64,000 nucleotides of DNA. Source: a virus. The position numbers and the translations under genes are program-made. The stretch is taken from IMG/VR virus record IMGVR_UViG_3300027741_000053, positions 7,669 to 71,668 of that record. One strand, written 5' to 3'. Of the stretch, positions 44,675 through 52,212 are shown piece after piece (the stretch's first letter is position 1; every line of letters starts with the position of its first letter). The notes beneath the pieces are model-generated. The model was not told the DNA's origin and did not search any database. It worked only from the letters and a program-made list of their open reading frames with translations.

Positions 44675-46921
44675 TTATGTGTTGTTTGTATTAACTTGAT
44701 TCCAAGTTATAGATTGCGTGTTAATAATAGGCGTCCATAAAGAGCTTTTGGTTATATTTGTTGACGCCCCTGCTGCAGCATTAATTGTTCCGTTTGCCGT
44801 TCTGGATTTGCTTGTGGCGCCTTGGGCTTGTGCAGATTCTGATACTTGAGATTCAAAGCTGCGGGATCCCAAGGCGCTACCGTCTGCTATTGAATTTTCT
44901 GCAATTTGATTTTGTGTTATATGCTTTGATGAGAGACTTTCAGAACCAGTCGCATTTTCATTGATAACCGGGAAAAAAGATATATACTTTGTTCCGCTTT
45001 CAAGTCCAGATGCACTTTCATTTGAGTTTGTAAATAAAGATGCAATTACCGTTATTGGAGCTGCTCCTGATGCAGATTCAGAAGAATTTGCACTTAACAA
45101 TATTGCTCCAGAATTTACATCACTCCCTGCCGCAGATTCTGAAATTGAACTTGCATATGTAAGTCCTTTAGTTATTGTATATTGAAGAACTATTAGCGGC
45201 ATTCCTCCAACTGCGCTACTTCCGCCACCGTAGTTAGCGCCACCACCGGGTGATCCAATATTATTTATATCAATTGCCGCGTTACCTCCGCCCCCGCCAC
45301 CCGGTCCAGTCTGCGTACCTGTTCCGGTATCGGTCCAAATGGCCTGCATACCTCCACTACCGCCATTTAGGAAGGTTCCGGCTGTGTTTTTACCTCCGCC
45401 CCCGCCCCCGCCGTTAGTTCCAGCGCCCGCATTAGTTGTTGCAGTTGCTGCAGCGCCACCACCAGTTCCGCCGTTTCCAGCGCCCCCAGCACCAGCTACC
45501 GTCGCACTGCTTGCAGCCACACCGGCAGTTGAAGAGCCACCGTTTGCTCCGCCGCCGCCGCCTCCAGATGCAGACCCAGCAGTGTTATATGAAGCTCCGC
45601 CAGCTTTACCTACACCGCTAGGGCCTGCTGCACCACCTCCAGAGCCATATTTTATAATTGTTGTCCCCGCTCCTGCACCGCCAGTACCTCCGGCAAAAGT
45701 AGTAGTCCCTATTGAAGTTGGGCTTGCTGCTCCACCAGCGGTGCTATTTGCAGGAGCTGCTTTTGCTAAAACACCATTTGTTGAGATTGTTGGGGCGGAA
45801 TTAGTTAGCTTGTTAAACCACGCGTCATTGCCGCCAGATTGAGCAATATTTGTGTAAAGTAAGTAATACGCCGTAGTGTTATTTAATGTGCTTACGTCAA
45901 TTGTAGATGTTGAATACGCGCCGCCTCCACCGCCGCTAAAAGGGGTGGCAATTAGTCCGTTGCTTCCACTACCAATTGCATGAATTGTTATTGAATCTAT
46001 ACCGTAAGGAATGCGCCATTTATTTGGTGTAGACACGGCAGTTCCGCCAGTGTCATTTAATACTTCTACATACGAGGACGCAATAGTTACTGTTGCGTTG
46101 TAAGTAATAATAATTAAACCCTGACCCCCATAATAGCTTCCACCCCCGCCGTAATTAGTACCTGTCGTTCCAATTCCAGAACCTGCACCACCGCCTGCAC
46201 CTCCAGCCGGTCCATATGTTACGCCGGAATAGTCCGTCCAAACTGGATCTACACTACCTACGGCGCCGGAGTTTGCGCTTGTATTACCCCCACCGCCACC
46301 ACCACTTGTTCCCGCTGTTGGGCTAGCGCCGCCCGTGCCCCCACCAGAGCCTAGTCTGTTATTGCCTCCATTAACTCCGGTAGAAGAAGAGCCACCATTA
46401 GCCCCGCCACCGCCGCCGGGAGAATTGGCTTGGTATCCATCTCCACCAGCACCATTTGGGCCTGCTGCACCGCCAAAGCTTCTAATATTGGCGTTATAAA
46501 AAGTGCTCCCATCACAACAATACGATATATACGCCCCGTAGCCCGCGCCACCCGAATATTTTAGGGTTCCAACTCCAGCCGAAGCCTGCCCTCCTAAAGC
46601 CGTTCCATAGGCTCCAACTGGAAGTGCGCCTCCGCCCTTAGCTAATGCGCCGGTTGTGCTTGAGGACGGAGCGCCAGACGAGGTATTAAACCAAGTGTCC
46701 CCACCGGGATTGTTATTAAGCGGGCCACTATTAGCATAAGCCCCGCCTGCGCCAATATTTATATACGCAAGAGAGAGTGGAGTTAGGGTTAGAGTTGTTT
46801 TAGAATACCCACCGCCGCCTATCCCGCCGGCTCCAATACACTCAATAGTTGCAGAGTTGCAATCTGCCGGAACCCTCCAACGAGTTCCGGATGTAATTGC
46901 AATCGTTACTACGGTTGGCAT
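44675..46921 (-). CDS. Glycine-rich tail fibre-associated protein
   Basis: Two WRVP/WRIP...GGGG glycine-rich domains plus Ser/Glu repeats. Confidence 0.7.
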   Translation of the reverse strand: MPTVVTIAITSGTRWRVPADCNSATIECIGAGGIGGGGYSKTTLTLTPLSLAYINIGAGGAYANSGPLNNNPGGDTWFNTSSGAPSSSTTGALAKGGGALPVGAYGTALGGQASAGVGTLKYSGGAGYGAYISYCCDGSTFYNANIRSFGGAAGPNGAGGDGYQANSPGGGGGANGGSSSTGVNGGNNRLGSGGGTGGASPTAGTSGGGGGGNTSANSGAVGSVDPVWTDYSGVTYGPAGGAGGGAGSGIGTTGTNYGGGGSYYGGQGLIIITYNATVTIASSYVEVLNDTGGTAVSTPNKWRIPYGIDSITIHAIGSGSNGLIATPFSGGGGGAYSTSTIDVSTLNNTTAYYLLYTNIAQSGGNDAWFNKLTNSAPTISTNGVLAKAAPANSTAGGAASPTSIGTTTFAGGTGGAGAGTTIIKYGSGGGAAGPSGVGKAGGASYNTAGSASGGGGGGANGGSSTAGVAASSATVAGAGGAGNGGTGGGAAATATTNAGAGTNGGGGGGGKNTAGTFLNGGSGGMQAIWTDTGTGTQTGPGGGGGGNAAIDINNIGSPGGGANYGGGSSAVGGMPLIVLQYTITKGLTYASSISESAAGSDVNSGAILLSANSSESASGAAPITVIASLFTNSNESASGLESGTKYISFFPVINENATGSESLSSKHITQNQIAENSIADGSALGSRSFESQVSESAQAQGATSKSRTANGTINAAAGASTNITKSSLWTPIINTQSITWNQVNTNNT

Positions 46922-47115
46922 TAGATTATTTCCGGAGTAACTTGTTTATTTGCTGCTGCAGCCGCAGCTTCAACAGTCATAATTGCAGTGCCAGTCCAGA
47001 CATATCCGGGTTTTAGCTCTTCAAGCCGCCAGCCCTCTTCAACCCAATCTCCGGGTTCAGCAACAATTATATTAACAAACTCGCCTTTGTCGTTGAACAA
47101 AACACAAGTAGTCAT
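46921..47115 (-). CDS. Small tail-fibre accessory protein
   Basis: VNIIVAE motif; position. Confidence 0.55.
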   Translation of the reverse strand: MTTCVLFNDKGEFVNIIVAEPGDWVEEGWRLEELKPGYVWTGTAIMTVEAAAAAANKQVTPEII

Positions 47116-47393
47116 TCTTCTTCCGTAGCAGGAAAAACATTAATAAAAATGCTGTTGTCTACTAAGGCTTCCACTTCGTGCCATTCGTTTTCTTTTAAAA
47201 TGACTGGAATAGTGGCCTTGTCCATTTCCTTATAAACGTTTTCTTTGCGAATAGCGCAAAGACCCGCCACGCACATAGTTAAATGTGCAAAAGTATGTTC
47301 GTGGCGTAGCAACCCTTCTCCCGCGTTTGCGTGATAAACCGCAAACCTTACTTTGTCGTATAGAAAAGTGTAGGTTGGCGGAATGGTTTTCAT
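47112..47393 (-). CDS. Cupin-domain protein
   Basis: HEHTFAH...WHEVEAL metal-binding cupin motifs. Confidence 0.75.
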   Translation of the reverse strand: MKTIPPTYTFLYDKVRFAVYHANAGEGLLRHEHTFAHLTMCVAGLCAIRKENVYKEMDKATIPVILKENEWHEVEALVDNSIFINVFPATEEE

Positions 47394-47405
47394 ATACCCA
47401 CTCTA

Positions 47406-48122
47406 TTAAGATCCAGTCAAACTAAACGTATAAGTTACGTTAAGCACATCAGTAGCAATAACCGTACGCTCTCCTGCTGAAAAATCAGATGCAGAAAACA
47501 AAGTTCCAGTCGTGCCTGCTTTTGTGTTGTTGCTTGTCAAAAATGCACCAGCCACTACAGATGTAGCTGAACTAATTGCAGTTGATGCAACTGTTTGCGA
47601 CGGCGATACCGTCCAAGTAGAACCGGAACCAGAAATAATATACGTTCCAGCAGTTACGCCAGTTCCAGTAATAATTTGCCCCGGAGAAATAGTTCCAGAT
47701 GTTAACGATCCAATTGTTAACGTAGTTCCAGAAATAGAAGACCCGGTGGAAGCAAACGCAGAGTTAATAGTAAATGCAGCAACAGATGCTGAGTTTGTAA
47801 CAACCGAAGGATTTGCTAAAGTTGCCGTAACAAAAGTAGCAGCCGGTCTTGTAGCATTGCTGTATCCAATAAATTCTGACCATCCAGCGTGGCTAGACAT
47901 TGTGTCTGCATTGGCAAACGTTGTCGTTGATTGGGCATTCCCAATCAAACCAATATACCAACTTGTAATTCTGGTTGTTACACCATCAAGCCCTGTGCCC
48001 GCCATATACTGAACGCCGCTGCTTACAACAAGATTGTGGTTTCTCTCTTCCCACTTTATGTTGCCGTCTTTGTCGTAGCAAATAATATAAAATTCACCGG
48101 CTGCAAATGACTTTTCCATCAC
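47406..48122 (-). CDS. Tail structural protein
   Basis: NLVV...G and GTLFSASDF; Ser/Thr-rich insert. Confidence 0.65.
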   Translation of the reverse strand: MMEKSFAAGEFYIICYDKDGNIKWEERNHNLVVSSGVQYMAGTGLDGVTTRITSWYIGLIGNAQSTTTFANADTMSSHAGWSEFIGYSNATRPAATFVTATLANPSVVTNSASVAAFTINSAFASTGSSISGTTLTIGSLTSGTISPGQIITGTGVTAGTYIISGSGSTWTVSPSQTVASTAISSATSVVAGAFLTSNNTKAGTTGTLFSASDFSAGERTVIATDVLNVTYTFSLTGS

Positions 48123-48556
48123 GATATCCTAATAATTGCAGATGTATTGGTAATTGCTGGAAATTGAACTGTAAAAGTACTGTTTGATTTTTTGTCTGAA
48201 CCAAAATCTAACACACAAATAGCTGGATTTGTAGTTCCGTTAAATAAATAGATTAATGCGCCTCTGGCTGTCAATGCAGAACTCCAGACAGCGTTGTTAA
48301 AAGAAAAATAACAAATCGTTCCAGATGAACCTGTTGTAGGAACTTGGTTAATTGAAAGAACTTGTCCGCCTGCAGTGTAACCAGAAGCAACAACTTCTCC
48401 AACTGATGTATATGCGGTTGTATTTGCATTTAATGTAGCAGCGTTTGTATACAACGCAATTTTAAAAACTTGAGTCGTGCCTGTATTAAAGTTGAACGTT
48501 CCGCTAGGAAGCCCAGTTTTAAACGTATTTGTAGCCCAATTTCCAGTGAAAGCCAT
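48119..48556 (-). CDS. Tail structural protein
   Basis: FKIALYT...GYTAGG...TARGALIY...VLDFGSDK. Confidence 0.65.
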   Translation of the reverse strand: MAFTGNWATNTFKTGLPSGTFNFNTGTTQVFKIALYTNAATLNANTTAYTSVGEVVASGYTAGGQVLSINQVPTTGSSGTICYFSFNNAVWSSALTARGALIYLFNGTTNPAICVLDFGSDKKSNSTFTVQFPAITNTSAIIRIS

Positions 48557-49212
48557 TATCCCACCGGCTGTCTAAATTGTCCAGAACGATAGGCATCTTG
48601 GCGCTCCATGCCATCGCCCAAGCGTTTTGCTAATGCAATTGCTTCTTTGTACTTTCCATCGTAGAGGCCCATCATGTCTTGCTCACCCTTCATATAAGTG
48701 TATGCTTCGACCAAAGAACCGTACAACAACACCGTATCAAAGTTTTCGCCCAACCAAGTTGTACTCGCTGTGACGATTGACTCTGGATAGAAAAAGTAAT
48801 GCAGCTCTACGTTGTATTGAATATCTGGCGTTGGACCTAACAAAAATGTTAACTCCGTAGGGAACAAACTTTGCGGACCAAAAAGTGCGTAATATTTAGG
48901 CAAACCTATATCTGTTGGCTGCGGGTACGCCTCCCTAACAAAGTTAACGTCCTTATTTAAAAGATAAGTATATTCCCCTCCAGTGGGGTAGACTGCAATT
49001 GAATAAACAGCCAAAAAATCATTCGGGCATGACAAATATTTATTATTTGCCGTTGTTAGTCCTGTTACGTTTTTGCGAAGCGCTGGAAACTGGATTGTGT
49101 TGTAGATTCGCTGTTCTGCTTGTTTTACAAAAACAGGAATATTATTTACGAAAGAGCCTTCGTAATTTTCTGTGTAATCCTGAATTGCCGCAGATAATTC
49201 AGCGTAGTTCAC
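48556..49212 (-). CDS. Head-tail adaptor/tail tubular protein
   Basis: FVKQAEQRI, GLPKYYA, GPTPD, LLYGSLVEA. Confidence 0.65.
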   Translation of the reverse strand: MNYAELSAAIQDYTENYEGSFVNNIPVFVKQAEQRIYNTIQFPALRKNVTGLTTANNKYLSCPNDFLAVYSIAVYPTGGEYTYLLNKDVNFVREAYPQPTDIGLPKYYALFGPQSLFPTELTFLLGPTPDIQYNVELHYFFYPESIVTASTTWLGENFDTVLLYGSLVEAYTYMKGEQDMMGLYDGKYKEAIALAKRLGDGMERQDAYRSGQFRQPVG

Positions 49213-49490
49213 GCCATCGGCCCCCGCGCCATTGTGCCTTTAGTAGCACATCCAGTTCCACGAATTTTAATACCATCAGTCTTAATTGGTTCTTTGCCAG
49301 CAGACTTGCTGATGTGCCCAACAGACATATCAACCGTATCGGCTTTGCTAAGATTTGGAGGAAAACCGGGGTTTGTTCCAAATTCAACTGGAGCCTTAGT
49401 CATGGCTTTACCACTCATTGTGTGAGGCTCGGCATATGTGCTGGCAGGGCCAACTTCTTTGCCACCTTTTTTCATGCTGAACTTGGCCAT
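49209..49490 (-). CDS. Small basic virion-operon protein
   Basis: MKKGG; RGTGCATKG motif. Confidence 0.65.
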   Translation of the reverse strand: MAKFSMKKGGKEVGPASTYAEPHTMSGKAMTKAPVEFGTNPGFPPNLSKADTVDMSVGHISKSAGKEPIKTDGIKIRGTGCATKGTMARGPMA

Positions 49491-49492
49491 GA

Positions 49493-49702
49493 TTACCTCT
49501 GGTTCATTGCACGAGACATGTTCCGACCGTACTTTTTACGATCCATGCTGGTAGGGCCACCTTTTTTTAACTTCAAAGATGTTCCTTTCCCGCCCTTGTG
49601 TTCTTGAGCATCATGCTGTTTAAATGCTTTTTTGATCATGGCTTTGTCCTGAGCCATGTCCATTTTCATATCTTCTTTGCTATCGCTCTTGGCCATGGCC
49701 AA
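49493..49702 (-). CDS. Small basic virion-operon protein
   Basis: LKKGGPT; AAGGAG RBS. Confidence 0.65.
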   Translation of the reverse strand: MAMAKSDSKEDMKMDMAQDKAMIKKAFKQHDAQEHKGGKGTSLKLKKGGPTSMDRKKYGRNMSRAMNQR

Positions 49703-49706
49703 CTCC

Positions 49707-50096
49707 TTATGTCGTTACAACCGTAACTTTACCCAATTCTACCTGCAAAACCAAGTTGTTTGGCGTTAACCCAGAATCAAAACTTCTTGCCCCGCCAACA
49801 GGATTCCATCCCCATTGAAATACCCTGCTTCCCCCGCCCGGATATCCATCAATCAAAGCACCAGACAGCGTATAACTAACATCTGGCCTTGGGTTTCTAA
49901 TTGCTTGAGGATCATTAACAGGGTACATCCCTAGCTGTAACTGCGGCTGATCCGGCTCCCAACACGTTGGACAAACCAAAATGTTAACATTTTTGGTTTT
50001 AATGACTAAACGCTTTAATTCTTTGAGTTTATACCTAAACGAACATCTGTCACATTGAGCAATTGCCCATTTACCAGAGGCAAACTTACTTGGCAT
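49707..50096 (-). CDS. Zn-finger (CDRC...CPTC) conserved phage protein
   Basis: CDRC, CPTCWEPDQPQL, DPQAIRNPRP. Confidence 0.7.
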   Translation of the reverse strand: MPSKFASGKWAIAQCDRCSFRYKLKELKRLVIKTKNVNILVCPTCWEPDQPQLQLGMYPVNDPQAIRNPRPDVSYTLSGALIDGYPGGGSRVFQWGWNPVGGARSFDSGLTPNNLVLQVELGKVTVVTT

Positions 50097-50098
50097 GA

Positions 50099-51022
50099 TT
50101 AATAGAACATTTGTCTTGGCGCAAGACGAACAGCGGCTTTTTCACGGTCTTCTTCTGAAGCCATCATCCATTGCTGCTCATAATCGTTTTTTAACATTGA
50201 TATTCTATCTGGAGAGACTTCCGGCTTTTTCATAGAAATGTAAAAAGCAAGACCAGCAACCAAACAAGGAATTAATCTAAAAGGAATGTCTTCTACGTTT
50301 ACGCCTCCACCTGCGTCTTTTAACCTTCTAAGACGCCAGTACACAAACGTATAATTTCCTCCTGCATCAGGAGATGGCCATACATTGATACATGGAAGAT
50401 TTTGAACATAAATTGCAGCGCCGGATGAATGTGCTGCTGCTGTCGTTCCTGCTTGCCCTCGAGTGCAATTTAATAATTGGTTTCCAGAAACATTTGTATA
50501 ACCAATTGTCTCTGAATCAACTTTTATAAAACCAGTTGTTGTTAAACCAGACGCATCGCTAACTGTAATTGTTGTGCTTGCACTTGTAATTGCACCGCTC
50601 AACGTTACAGAAGTTGGATTTGACTGACCGGATTGCCTGTTAATCCAAACTTGAATTGGCCTGCCTTGGGTTAGCTTATTTGGTATTGTAGAATAAGTTG
50701 ATTCAGATATGCGAGTAATATTAATATCAATTTGATTTGATGCAACAGAATTGTTTTGCCTAATCACATGGTCAAGCAAATCAATTGTGTCTACTGGAAG
50801 AGGGTAAACTGGCTGTCCCGTCTGAAGAACAATTTGCCCCTCTTCAATGGTCCACAGATTTATTCCTCTATTTGCCCATTCAATAGTCATCAAGTTTAAT
50901 GACCGTCTTGCAGTACGCAGATCATAACCAGTACGCAACTCCAAACCAGCTCGTTCAAAAGCTTCTTCAACAATCTCGTTGAGATCTAAATTAAACGAAG
51001 CTGATCCGGAGGTATAAGCCAT
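50099..51022 (-). CDS. Head-tail connector protein with an inserted beta domain
   Basis: ARRSLNL...WANRGINLWT and IPFRLIPCLVAGLA. Confidence 0.65.
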   Translation of the reverse strand: MAYTSGSASFNLDLNEIVEEAFERAGLELRTGYDLRTARRSLNLMTIEWANRGINLWTIEEGQIVLQTGQPVYPLPVDTIDLLDHVIRQNNSVASNQIDINITRISESTYSTIPNKLTQGRPIQVWINRQSGQSNPTSVTLSGAITSASTTITVSDASGLTTTGFIKVDSETIGYTNVSGNQLLNCTRGQAGTTAAAHSSGAAIYVQNLPCINVWPSPDAGGNYTFVYWRLRRLKDAGGGVNVEDIPFRLIPCLVAGLAFYISMKKPEVSPDRISMLKNDYEQQWMMASEEDREKAAVRLAPRQMFY

Positions 51023-51261
51023 TACTTTTTAGCCGTTTTTGCAGATCTAGTAAATGCCTCTTCAGTTGGAGCGCCTTTGGACCCCGGTTTTCTCATGCGC
51101 TCTTTGGATCCATTGGCAATCCGTTTACGTTTGGCATTAATATTGTCATACAAACCGCCACCTGAAAAAGCCTCAAAATCGGTATCGTCCCGACGTTTTT
51201 TGACTTTCTTTTTGGGCATTTTAGATGGGCTAATGTCGCCCATTCCACGGCTTGCCATCAT
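51022..51261 (-). CDS. Small basic virion-operon protein
   Basis: SRGMG; GLYDNINAKRKRI...PGSKGAPT. Confidence 0.65.
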   Translation of the reverse strand: MMASRGMGDISPSKMPKKKVKKRRDDTDFEAFSGGGLYDNINAKRKRIANGSKERMRKPGSKGAPTEEAFTRSAKTAKK

Positions 51262-51262
51262 T

Positions 51263-51508
51263 TTAGCACTTGCCCCCACCAGCCATTTTTACAAGCGTTC
51301 CTTTGGTCTTGCCTTTAGAAGCAATGCCATCAGCACGTTTTGATGCAGAGCCAGATGATTTCTTAACAGCGCCACCTTTTTTCATGCCCATTGGAGGCTG
51401 AACCGAAGCCGGGGCAGGCATAGCAGGGGCAGTACGAGCCGAAGCCGGGGCAGCTTGCTGCATCATTTTGCGGCGTTTAATTTCAGCCAGCATTTTAGGA
51501 TCCATCAT
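51263..51508 (-). CDS. Small basic virion-operon protein
   Basis: MKKGGAV; ASKRADGIASKGKTKG. Confidence 0.7.
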   Translation of the reverse strand: MMDPKMLAEIKRRKMMQQAAPASARTAPAMPAPASVQPPMGMKKGGAVKKSSGSASKRADGIASKGKTKGTLVKMAGGGKC

Positions 51509-51509
51509 T

Positions 51510-51719
51510 TCATTTGCCTTTCATTTTAGAGGATTTAAGGTTGCCTTTTACGGCAATGTCAGAACGAGAAAGTGATCCGCCTTTTTTAAATTTTTTTCCT
51601 TTGTCTGCTTCTACAAAATCTTTACCAACAGACTGAGGAACTTTAACTTTTTTAGCAAAAGATGGGCTATGCGCCACAGCTTCCATAAAATTGTGCTGTT
51701 TCTTTGAAGTGCTAGGCAT
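51510..51719 (-). CDS. Small basic virion-operon protein
   Basis: MPSTSKKQHNFMEAVAH...VPQSVGKDF...FKKGG. Confidence 0.7.
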   Translation of the reverse strand: MPSTSKKQHNFMEAVAHSPSFAKKVKVPQSVGKDFVEADKGKKFKKGGSLSRSDIAVKGNLKSSKMKGK

Positions 51720-51948
51720 GTTTTTCCATCAACCTGTCAATTTTGCCTTCAAGCCTATCCAACCTATCCATGACACGGTTGATGTCGGCGTGGACTTCGG
51801 CTTTGGTAACGTACTCTCGGGCGACTTCTTCGCGGGTTTTGTTAACCAACACTTGAAGGCGCTGTATCTCATCATAAACGCTCTTGAGAAAAAACCCAAT
51901 TACGCTAACGCCAACCGAAAGGACCGCGTTCCAAATAGTATGTTCCAT
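51712..51948 (-). CDS. TM plus coiled-coil small protein (holin-like)
   Basis: N-terminal TM; TREEVAREYVTK...RLEGKIDRL. Confidence 0.6.
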   Translation of the reverse strand: MEHTIWNAVLSVGVSVIGFFLKSVYDEIQRLQVLVNKTREEVAREYVTKAEVHADINRVMDRLDRLEGKIDRLMEKHA

Positions 51949-51949
51949 C

Positions 51950-52210
51950 TCAGCACTTCCATGCCCGCAGGCTTTTGTTAATCCGGCTGTTTGGGTCGTT
52001 GGCTGTTTTGGATGAGGTAAGCTTCGACTTCATGCCGCTCATTCTGGCACAGAAGCTCTTCCTTCTCCCGGCGTCTTCTTTCGTTTTTGGACTCGGGGCG
52101 GGGGGCTTTAGGTTCATTCCTTGAGCTTTCGCTGACGCGCGTCCCTTCGCATTCAGACCCCCCTTGGGGTCTTTTCCTTCCGCTCTTTGCCATGCAGGTG
52201 ATTTAGCCAT
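51950..52210 (-). CDS. Conserved basic phage protein (DUF6321-like)
   Basis: EGKDPKGGLNAKGRAS...RRKSFCARM...SLRAWKC. Confidence 0.7.
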   Translation of the reverse strand: MAKSPAWQRAEGKDPKGGLNAKGRASAKAQGMNLKPPAPSPKTKEDAGRRKSFCARMSGMKSKLTSSKTANDPNSRINKSLRAWKC

Positions 52211-52212
52211 GA

